Shown: positions 20,751-30,220 of the stretch, in pieces | Layout of the letters: every line of letters starts with the position of its first letter | Position numbering within the stretch: the stretch's first letter is position 1 | Assembly (NCBI GenBank): GCA_934091055.1 | Contig: CAKOKN010000001.1 | Span: forward strand, 118,642 to 182,641 | Reading direction: 5' to 3' | DNA length: 64,000 nt | Origin: an uncultured Bacilli bacterium | GTDB lineage: Bacteria > Bacillota_I > Bacilli_A > RF39 > UBA660 | Made by a program: the position numbers and the translations under genes | Notes under the pieces: generated by a model | Told to the model about the DNA's origin: nothing | What the model saw: only the letters and a program-made list of their open reading frames with translations | Database searches by the model: none

Positions 20751-21233
20751 TTATTCTTTTGGCGATTTATCTAGTTCCTTTAATAATATATTTTTAATAT
20801 AATCTATGTCTGTAAAAAATAGATTTAGACCATTAGATTTTAAAGATAATATATACTTAAAATCGTTTATAATTATTTTTTCAACTGCTGATGACACTTT
20901 TATAAATTTACCATCAATTGTATGTTTACTTTGAATATATTTTTCTAATGTTGGAAATGCATTTTGGATTAAAATAGCTTGCTCTTTTCCGGCTATTTTT
21001 TTAATTAATATTGTTTTGCAAGTTCCATATTTCTTTTTCTTTTTTTCAATAATAATTTTATATTTTTCTATTTTAGTACTTAGTGGAATAAACCATAGCA
21101 TATCTTGATCTTTTATCGCTAAATAAGAAGGTCTAGAGTGACCGTTCTCGTGATTTATCATCAACCCTTTATTATTAATTTTATCGAAAAATTCATCTTT
21201 GATATGATATAAATATCCTGTCTGTGCTTCCAT
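20751..21233 (-). CDS. toxN: Type III toxin-antitoxin toxin, ToxN/AbiQ-family endoribonuclease
   Basis: 160 aa. N-terminal YLYHIKDEFFDK and MLWFIPLSTKIEKY resemble the YxxHVKDEFF / FVPLSSKxEKY signatures I recall for ToxN/AbiQ. AGGAG RBS 7 nt before the ATG. Preceded by terminator plus tandem repeats as in toxIN loci. Confidence 0.75.
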   Translation of the reverse strand: MEAQTGYLYHIKDEFFDKINNKGLMINHENGHSRPSYLAIKDQDMLWFIPLSTKIEKYKIIIEKKKKKYGTCKTILIKKIAGKEQAILIQNAFPTLEKYIQSKHTIDGKFIKVSSAVEKIIINDFKYILSLKSNGLNLFFTDIDYIKNILLKELDKSPKE

Positions 21234-21272
21234 CTGATCAACTCCTGTAGATTTTTTTGCTTAAAATAAATG

Positions 21273-21300
21273 AAAACTCTATTATAACTAACAGAGTTTT
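21273..21300 (-). terminator. Intrinsic terminator between antitoxin repeats and toxN
   Basis: Minus-strand reads AAAACTCT-gttagttataat-AGAGTTTT followed by CATTTATTTT. Position is the same as the toxI/toxN attenuating terminator. Confidence 0.6.
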
Positions 21301-21302
21301 CG

Positions 21303-21410
21303 AACATTTACAACCGAGATCATTTATTACTCGCACCACTCGGAAGCGATTAACATTTCACGACTAGGATCATTTATTACTCGCACCACCTAGAAGCGAT
21401 TAACATTTAT
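21303..21410 (-). ncRNA. toxI: Type III antitoxin RNA (ToxI-like): 2.3 tandem direct repeats of 50 nt
   Basis: Unit gatcatttattactcgcaccacNNNgaagcgattaacatttcacgactag at 21318-21367, repeated at 21368-21410 (2-3 substitutions), plus a partial unit at 21303-21317. Lies between a promoter and the terminator/toxN. Confidence 0.7.
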
Positions 21411-21442
21411 ATTATTATTATACTTTCTCCAAATACAACAGT

Positions 21443-21472
21443 AATATACTATATTTTATAAAAAATGTCAAT
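21443..21472 (-). promoter_or_regulatory. Sigma-A promoter of the toxI-toxN transcript (-35 TTGACA 21467-21472, -10 TATATT 21443-21448)
   Basis: Reverse complement reads TTGACA-18 nt-TATATT immediately upstream of the repeat array. Confidence 0.5.
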
Positions 21473-21587
21473 ATTTTGTCATAAAACAGACAAATTTTTA
21501 TTTGCATTAATATTATATGAAGTTTATTATTTTTTAATCAATAATATTTTGCTTATTCTAAGCATATAATTAGATGGTGATATTGAT

Positions 21588-22346
21588 ATGAATAATTATT
21601 CTTTTGCTTTTTTACTTACTATTTTAGCAGGATTATCAACAATGATTGGAACTGTGGTTATTTTTATAAAGAGGTATAATCATAATAAGATAGTATTATC
21701 TTCTTTAGCTTTTGCAGCAGGTGTTATGATATGTGTATCTATTACTGATCTAGTACCAGAAGCTTTGACGCTCTTAAGGGGGAGTGTTAGTGATAGTTCT
21801 TCAATAATATTATGTATTTTAGGCATTATACTAGGAGTAGTTATTTCTATGTTAATAGATTATTATTTACCTGATAAACCAATTAGTAATACACAAGATA
21901 AATCTTTATTTAAAGTAGGTATTATATCTATGATAGCTATTATATTACATAATATACCCGAAGGTATTGCAACTTTTGTGGCTACTAATAGCAGTGTATC
22001 TTTAGGTATTACTCTTGCTCTTGCTATAGCTATGCATAATATACCTGAAGGAATTAGTATATCAGTACCTTTATATTATTCTACTGGTAGTAAAAAAAGA
22101 GCAATAATGTATACTCTTATATCAGCATTATCAGAACCATTTGGAGCCTTACTTGCATACTTATTTTTAAAAGATATAATGAATGATATAATACTAGGAA
22201 TACTATTCTCTATAATAGCAGGTATAATGCTTCAAATATCTTTTTGTGAATTAATTCCTACTACTAAGAAATATAATAATAAAAAAACAGCTATAATATT
22301 CTTTATACTAGGAGTAATTTTTATGTTATTAAAGTTTATTATTTAA
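21588..22346 (+). CDS. zupT: ZIP family zinc transporter ZupT
   Basis: Duplicated HNIPEGIA / HNIPEGISI metal-binding motifs in a multi-TM protein. Confidence 0.85.
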   Translation: MNNYSFAFLLTILAGLSTMIGTVVIFIKRYNHNKIVLSSLAFAAGVMICVSITDLVPEALTLLRGSVSDSSSIILCILGIILGVVISMLIDYYLPDKPISNTQDKSLFKVGIISMIAIILHNIPEGIATFVATNSSVSLGITLALAIAMHNIPEGISISVPLYYSTGSKKRAIMYTLISALSEPFGALLAYLFLKDIMNDIILGILFSIIAGIMLQISFCELIPTTKKYNNKKTAIIFFILGVIFMLLKFII

Positions 22347-22388
22347 TTTTTTATATAATTGTGCTATACTTAATATGGTGATGACATA

Positions 22389-23345
22389 ATGAGTAATAAT
22401 ACAATAAGTAGTACAGTTACATTTCCTAAGGAAATGATTATAAATAGTAATTTAAATAAAGAACAATTAGAATTACTAAAGAGTCAATATCAAAGAATAC
22501 AAAAACTAGCTAAAGAAGAATTAAATGATAATCAATATCAACTATTTTTAAATAAAAATAAAGAAGTATATTTACCTAAAGGATCTTTGGTATGGGGATG
22601 TACTTTAAGTAATTTAAAAAGAATTAAGAATAAAGGTATATTGGCAGATGAATTCTTTGGAGTTTCTTCTATTGGAAGTGCTTATACAGTACATTTTTAT
22701 AAGATAGATAATGATATTTTATTAAAGGAATTTAATGATAATTTTACTAGTCAAGATAATTATCCATTTAATAATTGTAATGGTAGTGTTGCTTTTATAA
22801 TTAATTCTACTAGTAAAATAAGAGGAATATTATATTATGATATACTTGATAGTAAGTTTGACTATAGTAGTGATATAAAAGGATTCATTAATAATAATGA
22901 AGAAGAATTAGATAAGAAAGCCTTAATACTTGGAGGAGTTCCTATTAATGCTATTTCTGGCATTGTATTAGGGGACGATGTTATTTTAAATGATAAGTTA
23001 GTACAAGAGGTGAAGTTTCTTTTTCCTAAAGCTTATATAGTTACTAAAGAGGGAAATATTATTAAAGATAGATCTAATATTATCAAGATAGAAGATTATG
23101 AAAAATTATCCTTTAAGTGCTGCAAGGAAGAAATAAAGAATAGACAATTAGAAAAAGATATTAATTTAGCCAAAAAAGAAGTTAGTACGATATTAACAGC
23201 AGTTATAAATAATGTTCCAGCAGTTACTCAAGCTAAAATACTTTTAACTATAGGACATAAGAAGTTACCTACTAAATTATTAGATAAATTAACTCTTGAA
23301 GAAAAGTATAATTTAAATTTAATCGAGAAAAAAGACAAAAAGTAA
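22389..23345 (+). CDS. Hypothetical protein (318 aa)
   Basis: GGTGA RBS; no recognisable family. Confidence 0.55.
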   Translation: MSNNTISSTVTFPKEMIINSNLNKEQLELLKSQYQRIQKLAKEELNDNQYQLFLNKNKEVYLPKGSLVWGCTLSNLKRIKNKGILADEFFGVSSIGSAYTVHFYKIDNDILLKEFNDNFTSQDNYPFNNCNGSVAFIINSTSKIRGILYYDILDSKFDYSSDIKGFINNNEEELDKKALILGGVPINAISGIVLGDDVILNDKLVQEVKFLFPKAYIVTKEGNIIKDRSNIIKIEDYEKLSFKCCKEEIKNRQLEKDINLAKKEVSTILTAVINNVPAVTQAKILLTIGHKKLPTKLLDKLTLEEKYNLNLIEKKDKK

Positions 23346-23397
23346 TGACAAATTACTTTTTTTTTGCTATACTTGTATAGTAGAGTAGGAGGATAAG

Positions 23398-24144
23398 ATG
23401 AAAGAAACACTAATATGTACTTTAAAAAAACATAATATATACTATTTAAGTGATGCAAATTGTAGTTTTTATATACTTACTCCTTATAAAGATTATAATG
23501 AAACTAATATTTCAATTAGATTAAAGAGTAATTATCAGATGTATGATTTAAGTAAAAATCCATTGGAACAAGTAGTAGATGAATTAGTTAACTACTATAA
23601 AGATATTGATAATTATAATATAACATTAGTATTACCAGTTTTTTATGATGATATTTTATCTAGAATAAGAACTGTTAATGATATGGAAATATATCAAAAG
23701 ATAGATCGTTATTTAGGACATATATTTAATCAAGCTTATATGTTTTTAACAAAGAATAATATTAAAGTAAAGAGTAATATTTATGTTATAAATAATGATT
23801 CCTTTAGGAATTTTACTAATTGGTTTGTATCTAGATATGGTAATAGAATTGAATATAAGACTGCGATAGAACTTGCTAAGGAAGATAAGGATTATACTAC
23901 ATTAGATGTAGTTAAGACCCCTAATATTAATTTTGTAGTGGGAAGAAATGCTGATCCTGATATAGAGGCTACACATCAAATAGAGGTTGAAACATTTGAT
24001 GGTTATGCTAGAAATTCCTTAAAAGAGGAGGAAGTAATACCTCCTAGAAAGGCAAAAGAAAGTGCTGGTTATGTATCATATATATTACTTGGAATTATTA
24101 CATTTGGAGCTTCATTAGCACTATTATTTCTATTAGTAAAATAA
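23398..24144 (+). CDS. Hypothetical protein with C-terminal membrane anchor (248 aa)
   Basis: AGGAGG RBS; single C-terminal TM (YVSYILLGIITFGASLALLFLLV). Confidence 0.55.
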   Translation: MKETLICTLKKHNIYYLSDANCSFYILTPYKDYNETNISIRLKSNYQMYDLSKNPLEQVVDELVNYYKDIDNYNITLVLPVFYDDILSRIRTVNDMEIYQKIDRYLGHIFNQAYMFLTKNNIKVKSNIYVINNDSFRNFTNWFVSRYGNRIEYKTAIELAKEDKDYTTLDVVKTPNINFVVGRNADPDIEATHQIEVETFDGYARNSLKEEEVIPPRKAKESAGYVSYILLGIITFGASLALLFLLVK

Positions 24145-24182
24145 AAATATCACTTCAATAAAGTGGTATTTCTTTTAATATA

Positions 24183-24302
24183 TTATCTTAATGTATAAGC
24201 TATTATTGATGTTAATGCAGAAGCTACTGCTAAGACAAGTAGTACATAACAAACTATCTTTTTACCTAAGTTTTTAACTTTCTTTTTTTTCTTTTTACTC
24301 AT
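24183..24302 (-). CDS. Small membrane peptide (39 aa, MSKKKKKVKNLGKKIVCYVLLVLAVASALTSIIAYTLR), not in the ORF track
   Basis: Hand-translated minus-strand ORF with AGAGGTG RBS 9 nt upstream of ATG; Lys-rich N-terminus plus one TM helix. Confidence 0.35.
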   Translation of the reverse strand: MSKKKKKKVKNLGKKIVCYVLLVLAVASALTSIIAYTLR

Positions 24303-24384
24303 TAATTATACACCTCTTTTTAATTATACTAAATTTTATGCATATTTTCAATTACTTTTTAATATATTTTATTGGTGATAGAAT

Positions 24385-25017
24385 ATGAATAAGAAACTTA
24401 GTAATGGACTTGCTATTATTTTACCTAATAAAAAAACAAATCTATTTGTAATGTTTGTAATAATACTTGGAATAATATCTGGATCTATATTTTTGATGGT
24501 AATTAATGAAAATGATAAGAGTACTGTTATTAATCAAATAACTACTTTTATGAAGAATATTAACGATAATAATATTAACAATTTTAATGCTTTAAAGAGT
24601 GCTATTATAGAGAATTTAATTTTTATTATTCTAGTATGGATACTTGGTATGTCTATAATTGGGGTAATATTTAATATATTTTTTATTTATATGAAAGGAT
24701 TTATGATAGGATTTTCTATATCTTCATTTATTCTAACTTATAAATATAAAGGTATTATAGCTAGTGTTATATATGCTTTTCCTACTTCAGTTATTAATAT
24801 AATTGTAGCTTTAATACTTGGTAGTTATTCAATTATATTTACTATAAATTTATGGAAAGTTATTTTTATGAAAGATAAGAATTATAATACTGGAAGATTT
24901 TTTAAAAAATATTTGTTAATACTTGGAATAACAGCAATTTTAGTTATGTTATCTTCAGTTACAGAAAGTTATTTAGTTCCTTCAATTTTTAAAGTAATAA
25001 TTAAACTATTTATTTAA
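24385..25017 (+). CDS. spoIIM: Stage II sporulation protein M-like (SpoIIM/DUF95 family) membrane protein
   Basis: About 210 aa, 5-TM layout and N-terminal pattern consistent with SpoIIM; GGTGA RBS. Confidence 0.5.
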   Translation: MNKKLSNGLAIILPNKKTNLFVMFVIILGIISGSIFLMVINENDKSTVINQITTFMKNINDNNINNFNALKSAIIENLIFIILVWILGMSIIGVIFNIFFIYMKGFMIGFSISSFILTYKYKGIIASVIYAFPTSVINIIVALILGSYSIIFTINLWKVIFMKDKNYNTGRFFKKYLLILGITAILVMLSSVTESYLVPSIFKVIIKLFI

Positions 25018-25056
25018 ATATTATTTTGTGATATAATACTACAAGAGGTGCGAAGT

Positions 25057-26139
25057 ATGAAAACAGTAGTAATTGGTATGAGTGGGGGAGTAGATAGTTC
25101 AGTGGCTGCTATTCTTTTAAAGAAGCAAGGTTATAATGTTATTGGATTATTTATGAGAAATTGGGACAGTACTATTAATAATGATTATTTAGGTAATCCT
25201 AATTTAAACAATAATATATGTCCTCAGGAACAAGATTATAATGATGCCGTAGCAGTCTGTGAAAAGATTGGTATTCCTCTTCATAGAGTTGATTTTGTGC
25301 GAGAATATTGGGATTTTGTGTTTACTTATTTCTTAGATGAACTTAAGAAAGGAAGAACTCCTAATCCTGATGTTATGTGTAATAAATATATTAAATTTGA
25401 TATGTTTGTTAAGAAAGCTAAGGAATTAGGAGCTGATTATATTGCTACAGGGCATTATGCTAGAATAGTAGATGGTAAGCTTGCTAAAGCATTAGATAAG
25501 AATAAAGATCAATCTTATTTTTTAGCTTATGTTAATAAAGATATGTTTAAGAATGTATTGTTCCCATTAGGAGAAATTGAAAAACCAGAGGTAAGAAAGA
25601 TAGCTAGTGAATATAATTTGATTACAGCGAAGAAAAAAGATTCTACGGGTATTTGTTTTATTGGAGAAAGAAATTTTACACAATTCTTAGAGAATTATTT
25701 ACCTAATATACCAGGTGATATTGTTAATATTGATACTGGTGAAGTACTTGGTAAACATATTGGCCTTATGTATTATACTATTGGGCAAAGAAGAGGTTTA
25801 AATGTTGGTGGTACTAAAGAAAGAATGTTTGTTGTAAAAAAAGATTTAGATAAGAATATTCTTTATATTGCTATTGGTGATGAAAATAAATACTTATATT
25901 CTAGTAGTGCTATTATAGAAGACTTTAATTATTTAACTGATGATAGACCTAGTAAATGTAAGTGTAAATTTAGATATCGTCAGCCCGATATTGACACAGA
26001 AGTTGAGTATCTAGATAATCAAGAACTTAAGTTAAACTATGTCAAGTCTAAAGCAGTAACACCAGGACAATTTTGTGTACTTTACAATGAAGATGGTATC
26101 TGTTTAGGTGGTGGAATTATTAAAGAAGTGGTTAAATAA
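25057..26139 (+). CDS. mnmA: tRNA-specific 2-thiouridylase MnmA (start at MKTVVIG)
   Basis: PP-loop GMSGGVDSS, catalytic Cys residues; AGAGGTG RBS before 25057. Confidence 0.9.
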   Translation: MKTVVIGMSGGVDSSVAAILLKKQGYNVIGLFMRNWDSTINNDYLGNPNLNNNICPQEQDYNDAVAVCEKIGIPLHRVDFVREYWDFVFTYFLDELKKGRTPNPDVMCNKYIKFDMFVKKAKELGADYIATGHYARIVDGKLAKALDKNKDQSYFLAYVNKDMFKNVLFPLGEIEKPEVRKIASEYNLITAKKKDSTGICFIGERNFTQFLENYLPNIPGDIVNIDTGEVLGKHIGLMYYTIGQRRGLNVGGTKERMFVVKKDLDKNILYIAIGDENKYLYSSSAIIEDFNYLTDDRPSKCKCKFRYRQPDIDTEVEYLDNQELKLNYVKSKAVTPGQFCVLYNEDGICLGGGIIKEVVK

Positions 26140-26237
26140 AGTTAACCATTTTTTCTTTTGGTTTTTGCATAAATTAGTTAATTTACTTGACATAATTTTG
26201 CTAATAATGTTACAATATAGATAGGAGGATTAGCATA

Positions 26238-27020
26238 ATGAGTATTGTCGAAAAAATAAATCTAATTTTAAAAAAAGCAAATATTTCTAAAGTAAACTTA
26301 GCTAAATATCTTGGAGTATCTAGACAAATGGTTTACAATTATTTGGATGGTAATGACCTGTCAAAACTTCCTAATGAAAAGTGTCAATTATTATTTGAAT
26401 TATTAGATGTTAATTCTGAAGAAGAGATAATAAAAGTTCAACTTACTAATGAGTATCTTCAGAAGGTTGGAAGTAAAATTTTTGATTCAAAGAAGAGTAC
26501 TCCTAAAAAGGAAGAAATTATTGAATTAAATGGTTTAGGTAAAGAAGAAGCTGCTTTAATTAATGATATTGTTTTGGTACTTAAGAGTATGTTTACAGAA
26601 GGGAAGGGTAGGAGTAGTGATACTTTGGCTACTGTTCGTTACTTATATCAATTTATACAGAACTTATCTACCACTAAAGAATTGAAATATATATTAGGTT
26701 ATTTTTCAAAGAACTTTGGTTATACTGGTCCTAATGAGTTTGTGTTTGATGAAAATGGTCAATATGTTTTAGAGAGTATTATGTATTCAGCAATGACATT
26801 ATATAGCAATGGGGGAGCTTCTAGAACAAGACTTACAGAGTCTCATCATAGATGGGAAGATATGCTTGCTTCTAAAAAAGAAGAAAAATTAAGTCGTACA
26901 CAAGAATTAAATACGGCAAAGATACAGGCACTTCGTGAACTTGGTTATACTAAAATTGATGAGAAGAATGCTAGCGAAGTATTAAATAAAATAGCAGAGA
27001 TTATGTCTCAAAAATTTTAG
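26238..27020 (+). CDS. XRE-type HTH transcriptional regulator with uncharacterised ~190-aa C-terminal domain
   Basis: N-terminal HTH (ISKVNLAKYLGVSRQMVYNYLDG); AGGAGG RBS. Confidence 0.6.
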   Translation: MSIVEKINLILKKANISKVNLAKYLGVSRQMVYNYLDGNDLSKLPNEKCQLLFELLDVNSEEEIIKVQLTNEYLQKVGSKIFDSKKSTPKKEEIIELNGLGKEEAALINDIVLVLKSMFTEGKGRSSDTLATVRYLYQFIQNLSTTKELKYILGYFSKNFGYTGPNEFVFDENGQYVLESIMYSAMTLYSNGGASRTRLTESHHRWEDMLASKKEEKLSRTQELNTAKIQALRELGYTKIDEKNASEVLNKIAEIMSQKF

Positions 27021-27391
27021 TACAAGTCCCCTACTTTAATTTTTTGCAGTGTAGTAGAGGATAAAGTGTTAAATAAAACAATAATATAATTGATTATCTA
27101 TTAATTAAATGTTATTGTTGTGCTACTATAGAATTAATATAAATATAAATAATAAAGTAGACTTTAAATTAATTAAATTAAAATTTAAAATCTATTTTAA
27201 TTTTATTTATTAATTAATGTAATTATAGTTAAATAATTACTAATACTAATAATAAATAACATAGTTAGTTAAATAGTTAAAAATAGTTTGATTTTAAGCT
27301 TAACAACTAACTTACTTTTATTATAAAATGATAGTTCCTATAATTAATATTATGTTAACTTCTATAAAATAGAAGAAGAAGGAGTTTAAAA

Positions 27392-27490
27392 ATGTCATTA
27401 AAAGAATTAAGTACTAATATGTCGATTGAAATATTAAAACATCCCCTATTTTTGTTTTTATTTATTGTAGGAGTAATTGGTTTGGTATAA
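27392..27490 (+). CDS. Possible 32-aa hydrophobic peptide (MSLKELSTNMSIEILKHPLFLFLFIVGVIGLV)
   Basis: GAAGGAG RBS 7 nt before the ATG; not in the ORF track; very AT-rich context, so it may be chance. Confidence 0.2.
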   Translation: MSLKELSTNMSIEILKHPLFLFLFIVGVIGLV

Positions 27491-27613
27491 TTGTTAGTAT
27501 AATTAAAATTAAAAAATAAATTTAAAAAAATTTACAAATACTTCCTTAAGATATTATTTTAATTTTGTATATAAAATTTATTTTAGTAAATAATATAATT
27601 GGAGGTAATTAAA

Positions 27614-27784
27614 ATGAGTAAAAAAGATAATAAAAAAGACAAAACTAATAATAAGTTAGATAAGTCTAATTCTTTTGATTGTAATTGTCAAGAACACGAT
27701 TGTGACGATAGTTGTAACTGTGATTGTCATAAAGATAATAAAACTTCTTGCAAGAAACAAGACGATACAAAAGATATGTTATAA
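27614..27784 (+). CDS. Cys-rich small protein (56 aa, 7 Cys in CNC/DC/SCNCDC arrangement), start at MSKKDNKK
   Basis: GGAGG RBS 8 nt before ATG 27614 (the track's TTG start at 27599 is unlikely). Followed by a strong hairpin terminator at 27806-27833. Confidence 0.45.
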   Translation: MSKKDNKKDKTNNKLDKSNSFDCNCQEHDCDDSCNCDCHKDNKTSCKKQDDTKDML

Positions 27785-27874
27785 TTAGTATATAAGAGGA
27801 TAGGGTATTTTCCTATTCTCTTCTTTTAATACTTATATTAATAATTAAAAAGTAGGGTTTACTCCCCTACTCTT

Positions 27875-29245
27875 TTATACTTCTTCTTTTACTCTATTTA
27901 ATAGGCTATCAAATTCATTACTAATTTCTTGTAGTCTTTCTTCTGTTTTTGCTTCATATCTGGTTGTTATATTAGGAGTGGTATTTGATTTTCTTACTAA
28001 AGCAAAACCATCATCATATATTACTTTAATACCATCTATAGTTAAGTATTTATAATTTTTTTCTTTGCAGTACTCCTCTATTTTAGCCATTACGGCATCT
28101 TTTTTGTCGTCATCGACATGATTTTTTCCTTCTTGCTTATTATAATATACTGATATACCTTCAAGTAATTGACTTGTTTTTTTATTAGTGCGTGATAGTA
28201 TTTCTACTAGTCTTAAACCACCATATATGCCATCATCTGTACCTATAAATCTATCTCTAAAATATAAGTGTCCTGATAGTTCTCCACCAAAAGGATAGTT
28301 ATTTTCTACAGATATTAATTTTGTATAAGAGTTTCCTGTTCTTGTTTCTACTGGTTTTACGCCTAGTTTTATTAATTCTTCTTTTAGAGCGTTAGAGCAT
28401 TTTACGTCGTAGAAGCCAACTTTCTTATCTACTTTATCATAGATATCTCTCCATATAATTATCATATATTTATCTATGTCAATAAATTTACCTTGTTCAT
28501 CTACTACTCCTACTCTATCACCATCACCATCAAAAGCTATACCACAGTCTGCTTTTTCTTCGACTACTTTTGCTTTTAAAGCAGTTAGATTGTCTTCAAC
28601 TGATGGATCTGGGTGATGGTTTGGAAATGTTCCATCAGAGGTGTTAAACATTGGTATATATTCAATATTATCTGTATTTTTAAATATTTCGTTTGCGACA
28701 ATACTTGTGGTACCATTACCACAGTCATATACTACTTTTACTTTATTTTTACCTAGACTTATATGATCTTTTATCATTTTAATATAGTCTTCTTTTATAT
28801 CTACATTTGTTATTGTACCTTTTCCTTCGCTATATATACCATTTAATATGACATAGTATAATTCACTTACTTCACTTCCAAAACAATTGTGTATGCCGTT
28901 ATAACTCATTTTAAAGCCATTATATTCTTTTGGATTATGTGATGCTGTTATCATTATACCACAGTGGATATTTAATTTATCCCAAGCATAATAGTACATT
29001 GGTGTAGTAACTAATCCTAGTCTTACAACATTTACTCCTCCATCAGTTAATCCTTTTACTAAGTTTTCTTCAATTATAGAAGAAGATAATCTATTATCAT
29101 ATCCTACAATAGCAGTATCTTTCTTTTTACTAAGTAGTTTTGTAGCAAATGCTCTTCCTATATGATATGATACTTCTTCGTTTATATCTTCTTGCCATAT
29201 TCCTCTTATATCATACTCTCTAAACATTAATTTATTTAATTTCAT
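27875..29245 (-). CDS. Phosphoglucomutase/phosphomannomutase family protein
   Basis: Active-site TASHNP, metal-binding DGDGDR, sugar-binding GGELSGH. Confidence 0.85.
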   Translation of the reverse strand: MKLNKLMFREYDIRGIWQEDINEEVSYHIGRAFATKLLSKKKDTAIVGYDNRLSSSIIEENLVKGLTDGGVNVVRLGLVTTPMYYYAWDKLNIHCGIMITASHNPKEYNGFKMSYNGIHNCFGSEVSELYYVILNGIYSEGKGTITNVDIKEDYIKMIKDHISLGKNKVKVVYDCGNGTTSIVANEIFKNTDNIEYIPMFNTSDGTFPNHHPDPSVEDNLTALKAKVVEEKADCGIAFDGDGDRVGVVDEQGKFIDIDKYMIIIWRDIYDKVDKKVGFYDVKCSNALKEELIKLGVKPVETRTGNSYTKLISVENNYPFGGELSGHLYFRDRFIGTDDGIYGGLRLVEILSRTNKKTSQLLEGISVYYNKQEGKNHVDDDKKDAVMAKIEEYCKEKNYKYLTIDGIKVIYDDGFALVRKSNTTPNITTRYEAKTEERLQEISNEFDSLLNRVKEEV

Positions 29246-29250
29246 TTTTA

Positions 29251-30171
29251 TCAGTCCCTTCTTTGATATAATTTATAGTTTTCTTTTAATATTTCAGTAC
29301 TTACATTTGTATATATTTGTGTAGTAGTAATATTGGCGTGTCCTAACATTTCTTGGATAGTTCTAAGATCGGCACCATTATTTAGTAAGTGTGTTGCAAA
29401 GGAATGTCTAAGCATATGAGGTGTTATGTTTTTATCAATATTTTTTTCATTAGCTATCTTTTTTATTATTTTAAAGAAACCTTGTCTTGTCATTTCTTTG
29501 CCGTGATTATTTAAAAATATATTTTCGGTATAGTAGCCTTTTTTCATACTGTCTCGATAATCTTGAATATATATTTTTAAGTAATTATTTGCATATTCTC
29601 CAATTGGTACTATTCTTTCTTTACTTCCTTTACCGAAGCATCTAACATAAGAGTTATCTAAATCAATATCTTGTAATTTTAGACTTACTAATTCACTTAC
29701 TCGAAGTCCTGAAGAATACATAAGTTCTAACATAGCTTTATTTCTATAATCAAACGGAGTATCTAATTTAATATCTAATAGATTATCTACTTCTTCGATT
29801 GTTAGAATATTGGGTAGTTTTCTATATTCTTTAAAACTTTTTATTTTACTACTTTCATTATTTATATTATAAGTTTCACTAAGATAATTATGAAATGATT
29901 TAATAGCCACTATTTTTCTAGCTATAGAAGTTTTTGCTAGATTATTATCATCTAGATATTTTAAATATTTAATTATATCATTATATTTTATCTTTAATGG
30001 ATTGTTTATATTATTTTCTTCTTGATATGTTAAATATTTGTATATATCTGTTATATAAGAAGATACTGATGTATTTTTATCCATATGTTTTATTGTTATT
30101 AAATATATTTGATAATCATCTAGTATTTTTTTGTTTTTATTATTTAGTGACAATTTTTCTATTTTTAACAT
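29251..30171 (-). CDS. xerD: Tyrosine recombinase XerC/XerD-like
   Basis: C-terminal catalytic region HMLRHSFATHLLNNGADLRTIQEMLGHANITTTQIYT (R..H..R..Y). Confidence 0.8.
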   Translation of the reverse strand: MLKIEKLSLNNKNKKILDDYQIYLITIKHMDKNTSVSSYITDIYKYLTYQEENNINNPLKIKYNDIIKYLKYLDDNNLAKTSIARKIVAIKSFHNYLSETYNINNESSKIKSFKEYRKLPNILTIEEVDNLLDIKLDTPFDYRNKAMLELMYSSGLRVSELVSLKLQDIDLDNSYVRCFGKGSKERIVPIGEYANNYLKIYIQDYRDSMKKGYYTENIFLNNHGKEMTRQGFFKIIKKIANEKNIDKNITPHMLRHSFATHLLNNGADLRTIQEMLGHANITTTQIYTNVSTEILKENYKLYQRRD

Positions 30172-30220
30172 AATTACCTAACCTTTACTTAATTATAGCA
30201 GACTTTTTCTTCTATTTCAA

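Noticed and set aside
21303-21410. 50-nt tandem repeats considered as a CRISPR array, as tandem T-box fragments for trpS, or as a Zur/regulator operator for zupT
   Set aside because: Only 2.3 copies with no unique spacers, so not CRISPR. The units are too short and lack T-box sequence beyond a weak GGTGGTGCGAG resemblance. The array sits between a promoter and a terminator directly upstream of a ToxN-like gene, which is the diagnostic type III antitoxin arrangement.
27021-27391. AT-rich spacer as a replication origin
   Set aside because: No DnaA-box (TTATCCACA-like) clusters seen, and neither dnaA nor dnaN is adjacent.
29251-30171. Tyrosine recombinase as marker of a prophage/integrative element
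   Set aside because: Canonical Xer-type two-domain architecture; no phage, conjugation or attachment-site features flanking; neighbours are housekeeping genes (pgm, rarA).
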